Virus record (IMG/VR): IMGVR_UViG_3300047557_001143
Span: 1 to 56,291 of that record
From: a virus
Taxonomy: Duplodnaviria; Caudoviricetes
Strand: one strand, 5' to 3'
Length of the DNA stretch: 56,291 bases
Positions 1-8,976 of the stretch are shown one piece after another. How positions within the stretch are numbered: the first letter of the stretch is position 1; each line of letters starts with the position of its first letter. The notes beneath the pieces are model-generated. The model was not told the DNA's origin. It saw only the letters and a program-made list of their open reading frames with translations, and did not search any database. Position numbers and translations under genes: made by a program.

Positions 1-765
1 GTTCTGTACGGATTCGGCGCCGCGCCCCAACTGCCTGATGGCACTCCGGTGACCTATCAGCAGGGTGGCGTGCTCTTCCTCAAGCGCTATGTGTACAAGG
101 TGTATGGCCTCGCCTTCGCCCTGACCAAGGTGCTCGTGGAAGACGGCGACCACATCCGTATCGGTCAGGTGTATGCCCGTCACCTTGCACAGTCCCTGGT
201 GGAAACCAAGGAAACCCTGTGCGCCAATGTGCTGAACAACGCCTTCACCGGCGGCCAGTATGCAGGCGGCGACGGCGTGGCGCTGAACAGCGCTTCTCAC
301 CCGATCGTGAACGGCACTTTCTCCAACCTGCTGACCACGGCAGCCAACCTGTCCCAGACCTCTCTGGAGCAGATGCTGATCCAGATCCGTCAGGCTGTGG
401 ACAACAACGGCAAGAAGATTCGTCTGGTGCCCCGCCAAATCGTGGTGGCTCCTGGCAACATCTTCCAGGCCGAAGTGCTGCTGAAGTCCGTGCTGCGTGC
501 CGGTAACGCCAACAACGACATCAACCCGATCAAGTCGATCGGTCTGTTGGACGAAGGCGCTGCTGTCCTGTCGCGTCTGACCTCGCCCACCGCATGGTGG
601 GTGCAGACGGATGCTCCGGAAGGCATGAAACTCATGATGCGCCGTGGCCTGGAGAAGACCATGGAAGGTGACTTTGAGACCGACACCATGCGGTACAAGG
701 CCACCGAGCGTTACGATGTGGGCTTCACCGATCCTCGCGCCATGTACGGCACGCCGGGTGTCTAA
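1..765 (+). CDS. Major capsid protein, C-terminal ~254 aa (5' end wraps to 56245)
   Basis: Frame open from base 1 (VLYGFGAAPQLPDG...), ending MEGDFETDTMRYKATERYDVGFTDPRAMYGTPGV, typical of Mu gpT-like/HK97-fold capsids; follows scaffold and decoration genes across the junction and precedes a terminator. Confidence 0.9.
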   Translation, partial: VLYGFGAAPQLPDGTPVTYQQGGVLFLKRYVYKVYGLAFALTKVLVEDGDHIRIGQVYARHLAQSLVETKETLCANVLNNAFTGGQYAGGDGVALNSASHPIVNGTFSNLLTTAANLSQTSLEQMLIQIRQAVDNNGKKIRLVPRQIVVAPGNIFQAEVLLKSVLRAGNANNDINPIKSIGLLDEGAAVLSRLTSPTAWWVQTDAPEGMKLMMRRGLEKTMEGDFETDTMRYKATERYDVGFTDPRAMYGTPGV

Positions 766-771
766 ATCCAA

Positions 772-797
772 GCGGGGGCTTCGGTCCCCGCGTTTTT
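772..797 (+). terminator. Rho-independent terminator after capsid gene
   Basis: GCGGGGGC-TTCG-GTCCCCGC stem with UUCG loop followed by TTTTT. Confidence 0.85.
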
Positions 798-810
798 AAG
801 GAGCAAGACA

Positions 811-1260
811 ATGGCACAAACCTACTTTGGTAGCACGGTTCGGGCGGGTTCGGGTACTCTGACTGATACCACCGACGGTGGATTCATGGTCCTCATGCAG
901 ACCACGACGGCGACTACGGTCTCCGCGGGTACTGCTGTGACGAGCACGATCACCATCCCGGCGGACTCGCAGATCATCAACTTTTTCATTGACTGCACCA
1001 CGACCCCGGTTGTGGGTGGCGGCACGGCTACGGCTGTGAATGCCACGATCGGCACGGCCGCTGCGGGTACCCAGTACCTGTCGGCGACTGATGTGATTGC
1101 AGGTGGTCGCGCTTCTCTGTCCTTCACCGCGGCTCAACTGACCGCGATGGAAGATGTGAACAACAACACCACTGTTGCTTTCACGATCGATCCCAACGGG
1201 ACGGTTTCAACGACTCAGGGTGTGTACCGCCTCACGGTGGTCTACGCTCAGAAGGTCTAA
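811..1260 (+). CDS. Virion structural protein (Thr-rich, beta-sandwich-like)
   Basis: AAGGAG RBS, directly after capsid gene, Thr/Ala/Gly-rich. Confidence 0.65.
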   Translation: MAQTYFGSTVRAGSGTLTDTTDGGFMVLMQTTTATTVSAGTAVTSTITIPADSQIINFFIDCTTTPVVGGGTATAVNATIGTAAAGTQYLSATDVIAGGRASLSFTAAQLTAMEDVNNNTTVAFTIDPNGTVSTTQGVYRLTVVYAQKV

Positions 1261-1270
1261 GGAGGTCATC

Positions 1271-2317
1271 ATGGGCCAGTTCAAACCGATGGTCAAAATG
1301 ATGACCACCGAGCCTTCGGTGGAGTTGAAACTCAAGAAGGGCGGCGCCGTCACGATGATGAACGGTGGCGTGATGGGTGGCCTTGCGGCCGCTCCGTCTG
1401 CTGCTCCCGCTCGTGGCGGCATGATGCCGACTGCTCGCCCCAAGAAGCCTGGAATGGCCGCTCGTCGCGCTGCGATGATGGGTCGTCCCATGAAGGAAGG
1501 TGGCGAGACTGCAGCCGAGCACAAGGCCGAGATGGCCGCCATCAAGTCCGTGGACCGCAAACTGTCCAAGCACGCCGAAATGGCTGCGTCCAAGGCTCAC
1601 AAGGGCCTGAAGACCGGCGGCGTCGTGATGGGTCAGGGCGGCTTCAAGGCGGGTGGCGTCATCAAGTCCACCAAGGGCGAGACCAAGATGGTCACGGCTG
1701 AAGGTGAGCACCACACCCCCAAGAAGACCGGCGAGGTCGTCATGGGCAAGCCTGCCGGTTATAAGAAGGGCGGCAAGGCTATGGGCGGTTCTTGCTATGC
1801 CAAGGGCGGCGGCGTCGAGGGCAATGTGTCCACGACTCCTCCTGGAAAGACCAACACCACTACGGGTGAGGTCAAGAAGGGCAACGCCGGTGGCTACAAG
1901 AAAGGTGGCTACGCAAAAAAAGCCTTCGCGGCGGGGGGCAGTGTTAACGACACTGGTCGTCCCGTCGCGTATCCCAAGCATCCCGTTTCTCAGCCGATCA
2001 AAAACACCAAGCAGTCGGGCACTTTCAAGCACGGCGGCAAGGTGAAGATGAATGAAGGCGGCAAGGTTCCTGTGGGAGCCCAGTCCGCCATCAAGCAGGC
2101 TGATGCCGAGCGTGCCTATCGTGACTACGAGAAGGCCGAGAAGGCGGAGAATGAGGCCATGCGCGAGACGATCCTCGGAGCACCCGGTCGGATGTTCCGG
2201 GCCGTCAAAGGCTTGTTCAAGGGCGAAGAGAAACCCGCGGGCAGTGTGACCAAGACTGAGAAGTCTGTAACTGTTGCACCGGCCAAGAAGCGTGGCGGAT
2301 CAGTGAAGAAGTGCTGA
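1271..2317 (+). CDS. Lys/Gly/Met-rich putative internal head protein with ~12 xxxGG motifs
   Basis: GGAGG RBS before ATG 1271; repeated LKKGG, MKEGG, FKAGG, YKKGG, YAKGG, FAAGG, FKHGG, MNEGG. Confidence 0.75.
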   Translation: MGQFKPMVKMMTTEPSVELKLKKGGAVTMMNGGVMGGLAAAPSAAPARGGMMPTARPKKPGMAARRAAMMGRPMKEGGETAAEHKAEMAAIKSVDRKLSKHAEMAASKAHKGLKTGGVVMGQGGFKAGGVIKSTKGETKMVTAEGEHHTPKKTGEVVMGKPAGYKKGGKAMGGSCYAKGGGVEGNVSTTPPGKTNTTTGEVKKGNAGGYKKGGYAKKAFAAGGSVNDTGRPVAYPKHPVSQPIKNTKQSGTFKHGGKVKMNEGGKVPVGAQSAIKQADAERAYRDYEKAEKAENEAMRETILGAPGRMFRAVKGLFKGEEKPAGSVTKTEKSVTVAPAKKRGGSVKKC

Positions 2318-2322
2318 ACCAA

Positions 2323-2349
2323 GCGGGGGCTTCGGCCCTCGCTTTCTTT
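2323..2349 (+). terminator. Rho-independent terminator, near copy of the one at 772
   Basis: GCGGGGGC-TTCG-GCCCTCGC followed by TTTCTTT. Confidence 0.8.
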
Positions 2350-2360
2350 AAGGGATACAC

Positions 2361-2663
2361 ATGAAGGTTCAAACCGTATCGAAGACGGGCGTTGGCTCCA
2401 GTTCTTCTCTGGTGATGAACACCAACATCAGCCCGTTCAATGTGGGCTTTGGCGTGATCGTCAGCGGCACCGTGAACTACACCGTGCAGCACACTTTTGA
2501 CGACCCGGCGGTTGGCTTTTCGACTTGGTTCTCACACCCCACAATCTCCAGTGAGACGACCAACCAGGATGGCAACTACGCATTCCCGGTGACTGGCATC
2601 AAGTTGCTCGTGAACTCGGGCGACGGCACGGCCACTCTGAAACTCATCCAAGCCGGTATCTGA
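2361..2663 (+). CDS. Small structural protein
   Basis: 100-aa beta-rich ORF in head-tail region with RBS. Confidence 0.6.
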   Translation: MKVQTVSKTGVGSSSSLVMNTNISPFNVGFGVIVSGTVNYTVQHTFDDPAVGFSTWFSHPTISSETTNQDGNYAFPVTGIKLLVNSGDGTATLKLIQAGI

Positions 2664-2664
2664 C

Positions 2665-2901
2665 ATGGGCACGCTTGGCCACAATGGTGTTGCCAATCAG
2701 GCCAACACGACTGATGGCTTCGGCGGCAATGTCAATGCCGTCAATCCGGTCGGCGGGGGCATTGGCGAGGATGTTGGTGATGACGGGGTGGTTGACCTGT
2801 ACGGCGCCGCTCCTGATGTCACCTTCTACATCGCCGACGAGACTGATCCCGGCTATGTCCTGCAAGAGGACGACGACAAAATCATCTTGGAGTCATCGTA
2901 A
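2665..2901 (+). CDS. Small acidic structural protein ending in YVLQEDDDKIILESS
   Basis: Tightly coupled ORF; the C-terminal LQEDxxxIxLE motif is common in phage fibre-associated proteins. Confidence 0.55.
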   Translation: MGTLGHNGVANQANTTDGFGGNVNAVNPVGGGIGEDVGDDGVVDLYGAAPDVTFYIADETDPGYVLQEDDDKIILESS

Positions 2902-3323
2902 TGGCTGACCGCGATGCAAACTGGTACAAGATTAGGAACATCTGGTACTGCATGATCCATAGAACCACAAACCCGGCTCATTCTGAGTTTGCAAGGTATG
3001 GAGCAAGAGGCATCGCTGTATGTGATGAGTGGCATTCGTTTGATCGTTTTTACTTGGACATGAAGGATGGCTACATACCGGGCTTGTCCATCGAAAGAAT
3101 CGACAACGATCAAGGCTACTCGCTAGAAAATTGCAGGTGGGCAACAAAAAAAGAACAAGCCAACAACCGCCGCACGAGCAAGTTTTTTACCATTGACGGG
3201 GTCACAAAGACTCTTGCTCAGTGGATTGATGAATCGGGTTTGAAGGGCAGCACCGTTAGGCAGAGGCTTTATGCTTACGGATGGACTATTGAGCGTGCTC
3301 TATCCAAGAAAGTAGGAGGCTAA
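2901..3323 (+). mobile_element. Free-standing HNH homing endonuclease
   Basis: YGARGIAVCDEW...LSIERIDNDQGYSLENCRWATKKEQANNRR motif with C-terminal TLAQW HTH-like domain; lower GC than flanks; flanked by TGGCTGACC repeat. Confidence 0.9.
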
Positions 3324-3324
3324 A

Positions 3325-3909
3325 TTGGCTGACCAGAAAATCTCCGCGATGCCCAACGCTTTGACGCTGACGGGCGCAGAACTTGTCCCGTTGGTCCAAA
3401 GCGGCGCGAATGTAAAGGCAACGATTGCCACTTTGCGGGCCTTTGGCGCTGCATATGGCGCATTCAGTGACTCTACTGACCAGACGGGCAGCATCTCGGC
3501 CGGCACGGTGATCACCTTCAACACCACTGATGTGTCTGACGGCATCACCCTGGCCAGTAGCAGCCGCCTGACGGTCCCGGCCAATGGCATCTACAACCTG
3601 CAGTTCAGCGCTCAGTTCAAGAATACTGACAACGCGCAGCAGGACACTACCGTTTGGCTGCGAATCGACGGCACGGATCTTCCAAACTCCGCAACTCAGT
3701 ACACGATTCCTGCCCGCAAGAGCGCCGGTATTTTCGGATACGGGGTTGCATCGCTGACTTTCCTGCTTGACCTGACGGCAGGTCAGTATGTGGAAATCCT
3801 GTGGGTTCCCACATCCACAACTGTGACTCTGGAGCACCTCCCGTTGAGCACATCTCCGGCATATCCGGCGATCCCGTCCATCATTGCCTCAATGATGCAG
3901 GTGGCCTGA
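3325..3909 (+). CDS. Short fibre/head-fibre protein with C1q/BclA-like jelly-roll C-terminus
   Basis: TTG start with GGAGG RBS; ISAMP...GAELVPLVQ anchor; TVPANGIYNLQFSAQF and LTAGQYVEI strands. Confidence 0.7.
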   Translation: MADQKISAMPNALTLTGAELVPLVQSGANVKATIATLRAFGAAYGAFSDSTDQTGSISAGTVITFNTTDVSDGITLASSSRLTVPANGIYNLQFSAQFKNTDNAQQDTTVWLRIDGTDLPNSATQYTIPARKSAGIFGYGVASLTFLLDLTAGQYVEILWVPTSTTVTLEHLPLSTSPAYPAIPSIIASMMQVA

Positions 3910-3911
3910 TC

Positions 3912-4295
3912 ATGCCTCTGATCAAAGGCAAGTCCGAAAAGGCCTTCAAGGAGAACATCCGGGCAGAGGTCAAGGCCGGTAAGCCGGTCAAACAGGCTGT
4001 GGCCATCGCCTACGATGTTCAGAGACGGGCTCAACAGGGCAAAAAGGACGGCGGAAGCGTCTCTCTGGCCATCGGCCGGGGCGAAAAACTGCCCGCTTCC
4101 CAGGGCGCAGGGCTCACCGCAAAGGGTCGGGCCAAGTACAACCGCGAAACTGGGTCGAATTTGAAGGCTCCGCAGCCCCAAGGAGGCCCTCGGAGGGACT
4201 CTTTCTGTGCCAGGATGGGCCCGATCGCCGAAAAAAGCGAGAAAGGCAGCCGCGCAAGGGCCTCTATGAGGCGTTGGAACTGCCCAGGATGGTGA
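3912..4295 (+). CDS. Basic two-module virion protein (DUF6321-like C-terminal half)
   Basis: GLTAKGRAKYNRETGSNLKAP...RRDSFCARM...RRWNC motif; halves separated by KKDGG. Confidence 0.65.
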   Translation: MPLIKGKSEKAFKENIRAEVKAGKPVKQAVAIAYDVQRRAQQGKKDGGSVSLAIGRGEKLPASQGAGLTAKGRAKYNRETGSNLKAPQPQGGPRRDSFCARMGPIAEKSEKGSRARASMRRWNCPGW

Positions 4296-4305
4296 AGGAG
4301 GCCTG

Positions 4306-5376
4306 ATGTCCTACTCAGACACCTACGGACAGGTCTTTCCGGTCCAAACTTTGATCGATCACGCCGCTCGGCGGTGTGGAAAACTGGCCGAAGAACTGAC
4401 TTCTGAGCAACTTTTGAGTGCTCGGGAGTCTTTGGGCTTCGTTTTGACCAATCTGATCAACATCGGCATTCAATACTGGGCTGTTGAGAAGAAAGTCTTC
4501 GGTCTGACCCCCGAAAACTACATCTACACCCTCCCGAACGGGGCAAATGATGTCCTAAACGCCCTGTATCGCACGATGCAGCGGCCAAATGGGTCCTATA
4601 CGACCTCTGCAGGGGGCAATGTGGCCCTGGTGGGTGACTCCAATGTCAACACCTACTGCCAACAGACCTCTGCCAACGGCAACATCTCCATCAACTTCGG
4701 CACGGACAACCCAATCTACGCCGGATCGATCGGTTTGCTGCCATATGTGTCTGGCGGAGGCTCGGCGACCTGGAATCTGATCTTTGAGTACAGCACTGAC
4801 GGTTCAACCTGGAGCACTCTTGAGGATCTGGGCACTGTTGTCGTGACGGACAACGAGTGGATCTGGACGGACATCAATCCTGGCCAGAGCGTGCAGTATT
4901 ACCGGGTCCGGGCCTACGGTGGAACGACCCTGGCGCTGCGCGAGTTCTGGGTCGGCAACATGAGCCAAGAGATCACGATGGCTCGCCTGAACCGGGACGA
5001 CTACACGAACCTGCCGAACAAGAACTTCACGGCCAATCAGCCCTATCAGTTTTGGTTCAACCGCACGGTGCCGAACCCGCAGATCTACCTGTGGCCGGTC
5101 CCCTCGAACCCGTTTGTGCAGATGACGGTCTGGTACTCCCGGCAGATCATGGATGTGGGTGACCTGACGGATGAACTGCAGATCCCGCAGCGGTGGTACA
5201 TGGCGGTGGTGAATATGCTCGCCCACCAGATGGCCATGGAACTGCCGGCCATCCCGATGGAGCGCATTCAGTACCTTGAAGTTCAGGCTGAGAAGTACCT
5301 GAATTTGGCCGAGGCAGAGGAGCGCGACAAGTCGCCGATCTACTTCGCGCCTAACATTTCTGTATACACGAGGTAA
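4306..5376 (+). CDS. Head-tail adaptor/tail tubular protein with inserted discoidin-like domain
   Basis: ARESLGFVLTNL and IYLWPVP...QIPQRWYMAV adaptor-like segments interrupted by FEYSTDGSTWSTL...QYYRVR. Confidence 0.6.
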   Translation: MSYSDTYGQVFPVQTLIDHAARRCGKLAEELTSEQLLSARESLGFVLTNLINIGIQYWAVEKKVFGLTPENYIYTLPNGANDVLNALYRTMQRPNGSYTTSAGGNVALVGDSNVNTYCQQTSANGNISINFGTDNPIYAGSIGLLPYVSGGGSATWNLIFEYSTDGSTWSTLEDLGTVVVTDNEWIWTDINPGQSVQYYRVRAYGGTTLALREFWVGNMSQEITMARLNRDDYTNLPNKNFTANQPYQFWFNRTVPNPQIYLWPVPSNPFVQMTVWYSRQIMDVGDLTDELQIPQRWYMAVVNMLAHQMAMELPAIPMERIQYLEVQAEKYLNLAEAEERDKSPIYFAPNISVYTR

Positions 5377-5378
5377 GG

Positions 5379-5726
5379 ATGCCGGTCTTCCTCGACACCT
5401 TCGGCAACGCCTCTCTGGCGATCTTCATCTGCGACCGATGCAAGATGAAGCGGCCGATGGACGAGCAGATGTCGGACCCGAACTTCCCGGGGCTGCGTGT
5501 CTGTCAGCAGGGGTGCGCGGACGAGAAGGACCCCTACCGGCTTCCGGCCCGCAAGACTGAGCGCATCAACCTGCGTTTCCCTCGCCCGGATGTGAGCGTG
5601 GCTCTAGACCCGAACAACCTCGTCACCGACAATGACGGGGACTACATCATCTCCACCGAGGGCAATACGGACACGCCCGAGAACAACGGCAACCTCGACG
5701 GAATTTCGGTGACACCAGATGGCTAA
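5379..5726 (+). CDS. Zn-finger-like structural protein
   Basis: ICDRC and VCQQGC cysteine pairs plus LRFPRPD motif. Confidence 0.6.
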   Translation: MPVFLDTFGNASLAIFICDRCKMKRPMDEQMSDPNFPGLRVCQQGCADEKDPYRLPARKTERINLRFPRPDVSVALDPNNLVTDNDGDYIISTEGNTDTPENNGNLDGISVTPDG

Positions 5727-7917
5727 TCAAACCATTTCCCAACTTCCGGCAGCCGGCCCCATCACGGGGACGGAACTGGTGCCCATCGTCCAGAACGGCG
5801 GTACTTATCACACCACGACCGGTGCGATCGCCAACTCTCCGACGCAGACTCAGACTTTTCTGACGGTTCAGAACGAGCCGACGCTGAACAACAGCCGGTT
5901 CTTTTCGACGGACGGCAATTTCACCCTGACTGACGGCGGAGCGCAGTCTTTCCTGCGCATTAACCTGATCGGGGCGCCTGCAGATCTGGCCATCGCAGGC
6001 AACGGCATCGTCGCCAAGACCTCTCTGACCACGGTGGCCGCCCGCACGATGACCGCGGGCAGCAACGGCATCTCTATCTCCAACGCAGACGGTGTCTCTG
6101 GCAATCCAACCTTCTCCCTGACTGGGCAGGTTCTGAGCCTCGCCAACGCCTCTGGAGCGGGTTTGGTGGCGCTGCCCAACAACGGCACTGTCACGCCTCG
6201 ATCCATCCAGGGCACGGCCTCTGAGATTGATGTCGCCAACGGCAACGGTGCCGCGGGAGACCCGACGATCGGTCTGGCCGACAACCCGGTCGTTCCGGGC
6301 TCCGAAGGCATCGTCTTGCCTTCCGGCAACACGGGAGACAGGTCTGGTTCTCCTGTCAACGGAACGCTGCGCTACAACACGCAGACGGGCGTGTTTGAGG
6401 GCTACGCCAACAACGCCTGGGGCTCTATTGCTGCGGGAACCGGGGTGACCTCGGTGGGTCTGGCCATGCCGGCCGACTTCACCGTCTCTGGCTCTCCGGT
6501 GACCTCCACGGGCACGCTGACGGCTGCCTGGGCAAGTCAGGCCGCCAATCTGGTCTTCGCCTCTCCGAGCGGGACTTCTGGCACGCCGGGGTTCCGTGCT
6601 CTGGTCAACAACGATCTCCCCAACTCGGGCGTTGTGGCAACCACTTACGGCTCGGCGTCTGCTGTCCCGGTGTTTGTGGTCAACGCTAAGGGCGTGATCA
6701 CGAGCGTGACCGACACGCCTATTGCGATCGCCAACACTCAAGTGTCTGGTTTGGGCACGATGTCCACGCAGAACGCCGGTTCTGTGGCCATCACGGGCGG
6801 GAACATCAACGGCACGACGATCGGCAACACGACGCCTGCAGCCGGAACTTTCTCCTCCATTGCAGCAACTTCCGGCACGGTCAGCACGACACCTGCCAAC
6901 GCCACCGACATTGCCAACAAGCAGTATGTCGATGGCCTCGTCACCTCCGGCATCACCTACCACGCTGCGGTGAAGTACGAGGTTCCGGTCACGACTGGGA
7001 ACCTGACAGCGACTTACAACAACGGCACCGCCGGTGTAGGTGCTACCCTGACCAACGCCGGGACTCTTGCGGCTTTCGCCCCGGATGGCCCGACCGCCGC
7101 TCCCGGCGACCGGATTCTGATCTACAACCAGACCAACGCCTTCGAGAACGGCGTCTATACGGTTACCACGGTTGGTGATGGATCTACCCCCTGGGTGCTG
7201 ACTCGGGCCACGGACGCCGACTCCTACGGCTTGAAGGACCCCAACGCTCTCGGCCAGGGGGATGCGTTCTTCGTGACCTCCGGTAATACCGGAGCGGGCG
7301 AGACCTATGAGTGCAGCACGGTCGGGACGATCACCTTCGGGGTGACGGCCATCAACTTCGTGCAGATCTCGTCTGCCCAGGTCTACAACGCCGGGACGGG
7401 CTTGAACCTCTCGCCGTCTACGACCTTCAACATCTCCAACACGGGTGTTGCGGCGGGCAACTACGGCAGCGCGTCTTCTGTTCCGGCGATCTCGGTCAAC
7501 GCTCAGGGGCAGATCACTTCTGCGACCAACACCTCGATCGCCATCGCGGCTTCGCAGGTCACCTCCGGAACCCTGGCGGTGGCTCAGGGCGGGACCAACA
7601 TCGCGTCCTATGTGGCCGGAGACCTGATCTACGCTTCTGCCACGACGACCCTATCCAAACTGCCTATCGGGACGGCGGGTCAGGTTCTGACCTCGTCTGG
7701 CTCCGCTCCGCAGTATGTGGATCAGTCGACCCTGTCTGTCGGGTCTGCCACCAACGCCTCAAATGTGGCGGTGTCCCTGGACTCCACGAACAGCACCTAC
7801 TACCTCGGTGTGTACAGCACCACGACCGGCAATTTGCCGACCAAGGTAGTGACTGGATTGACCGTTAATCCCTCCACCGGAAAAATCACCGGTGGGATCT
7901 CCGGAGGAACCTTCTGA
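5719..7917 (+). CDS. Tail fibre protein
   Basis: 732 aa Gly/Thr/Ala-rich; GTLRYNT, YGSASAVPVF (twice), ANKQYVD, QTNAFENGVY, LAVAQGGT fibre motifs. Confidence 0.85.
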   Translation: MANQTISQLPAAGPITGTELVPIVQNGGTYHTTTGAIANSPTQTQTFLTVQNEPTLNNSRFFSTDGNFTLTDGGAQSFLRINLIGAPADLAIAGNGIVAKTSLTTVAARTMTAGSNGISISNADGVSGNPTFSLTGQVLSLANASGAGLVALPNNGTVTPRSIQGTASEIDVANGNGAAGDPTIGLADNPVVPGSEGIVLPSGNTGDRSGSPVNGTLRYNTQTGVFEGYANNAWGSIAAGTGVTSVGLAMPADFTVSGSPVTSTGTLTAAWASQAANLVFASPSGTSGTPGFRALVNNDLPNSGVVATTYGSASAVPVFVVNAKGVITSVTDTPIAIANTQVSGLGTMSTQNAGSVAITGGNINGTTIGNTTPAAGTFSSIAATSGTVSTTPANATDIANKQYVDGLVTSGITYHAAVKYEVPVTTGNLTATYNNGTAGVGATLTNAGTLAAFAPDGPTAAPGDRILIYNQTNAFENGVYTVTTVGDGSTPWVLTRATDADSYGLKDPNALGQGDAFFVTSGNTGAGETYECSTVGTITFGVTAINFVQISSAQVYNAGTGLNLSPSTTFNISNTGVAAGNYGSASSVPAISVNAQGQITSATNTSIAIAASQVTSGTLAVAQGGTNIASYVAGDLIYASATTTLSKLPIGTAGQVLTSSGSAPQYVDQSTLSVGSATNASNVAVSLDSTNSTYYLGVYSTTTGNLPTKVVTGLTVNPSTGKITGGISGGTF

Positions 7918-8513
7918 TGGCTCAGGCAGGCTACACACCAATTCAAATTTACTACTCGACGACGACAACGAATGTCCCGTCGGCAGGCAATCTGGCAGAT
8001 GGCGAACTGGCCATCAACACGGCTGACGGCAAGTTGTTCTACAAGGACAACCTGGGGGCGGTGCAGACGATCGCCACCAAGGCCGGCGCAAGCGGCGATG
8101 TGGTGGGCCCCGCATCTGCCACCAATAACGCGATCCCGACCTTTGACGGCACGACCGGCAAACTGATCAAGGACAACTCTGCTGTCACGATCTCGTCCGG
8201 GATCATCGCCGCCACAGGGTTTTCTGGCCCCCTGAACGGATCTGTCGGCGCGACGACCCCGAGCACGGTGGTGGCCACCCAGGTCAACATCACCGCTCAG
8301 GGCGACCTGCGGCTTGAAGACACCACCGGCGGCCAGTATGTGGCTCTACAGGCCCCGGGAACAGTCGCCACCAATGTGACCTTCACCCTTCCAGGCGCGG
8401 ACGGCACAAACGGTCAGGCGATCATCACCGACGGGTCTGGAAACTTGTCCTTCGGTAACGCGGGCATCAGCACGGGCAAGGCCATCGCTATGGCCCTTAT
8501 CTTTGGCTTCTAG
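7917..8513 (+). CDS. Tail fibre-associated protein
   Basis: PSAGNLADGELAINTADGKLFYKD N-terminal motif, GDVVGPASAT, TLPGADGTNGQ, C-terminal STGKAIAMALIFG. Confidence 0.75.
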   Translation: MAQAGYTPIQIYYSTTTTNVPSAGNLADGELAINTADGKLFYKDNLGAVQTIATKAGASGDVVGPASATNNAIPTFDGTTGKLIKDNSAVTISSGIIAATGFSGPLNGSVGATTPSTVVATQVNITAQGDLRLEDTTGGQYVALQAPGTVATNVTFTLPGADGTNGQAIITDGSGNLSFGNAGISTGKAIAMALIFGF

Positions 8514-8556
8514 CGTCCAAAAGTCATCAATGATCTTCGGCTTCTAAGGGTACATC

Positions 8557-8961
8557 ATGGCAAATCCCAACATCGTCAATGTCACCTCCATCTACGGGAA
8601 CACAGCCTATGTGATCCCGAGTGGAACCACCGCCACTACCTCGTGGACGACTAACGGCACGACCTCTCTGACGGGCCTCACGCCTGCGGCGAACACAGTC
8701 AACCGGGTCACGAGCATCGTGGTGACAAACACGACCTCTAGCGCGGCAACGGCTACGGTGGCTATCGCCAACAACGCTACCTTCGGCAGCGGCACGGTGA
8801 TCGCATACTTGGCCTACCAAGTTTCTGTCCCGGCAAACACCTCGCTGATCGTGACCGACAAGACCACCTCCTTCTATGTCACTGAGAACCAGTCGGTGGG
8901 TGTGACCTCGGGCACGGCTTCGGCTCTGACCTACACCGCCTCGTACGAAGCAATCACATGA
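8557..8961 (+). CDS. Tail-associated protein (MANPNIVNV type)
   Basis: Lies between fibre and LamG genes; beta-rich. Confidence 0.65.
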   Translation: MANPNIVNVTSIYGNTAYVIPSGTTATTSWTTNGTTSLTGLTPAANTVNRVTSIVVTNTTSSAATATVAIANNATFGSGTVIAYLAYQVSVPANTSLIVTDKTTSFYVTENQSVGVTSGTASALTYTASYEAIT

Positions 8962-8976
8962 ACTGAGGGGTAAGCC

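Noticed and set aside
2901-3323. Group I intron around the HNH gene
   Set aside because: The ORF fills the whole interval, leaving no room for a ribozyme core; flanking genes are intact
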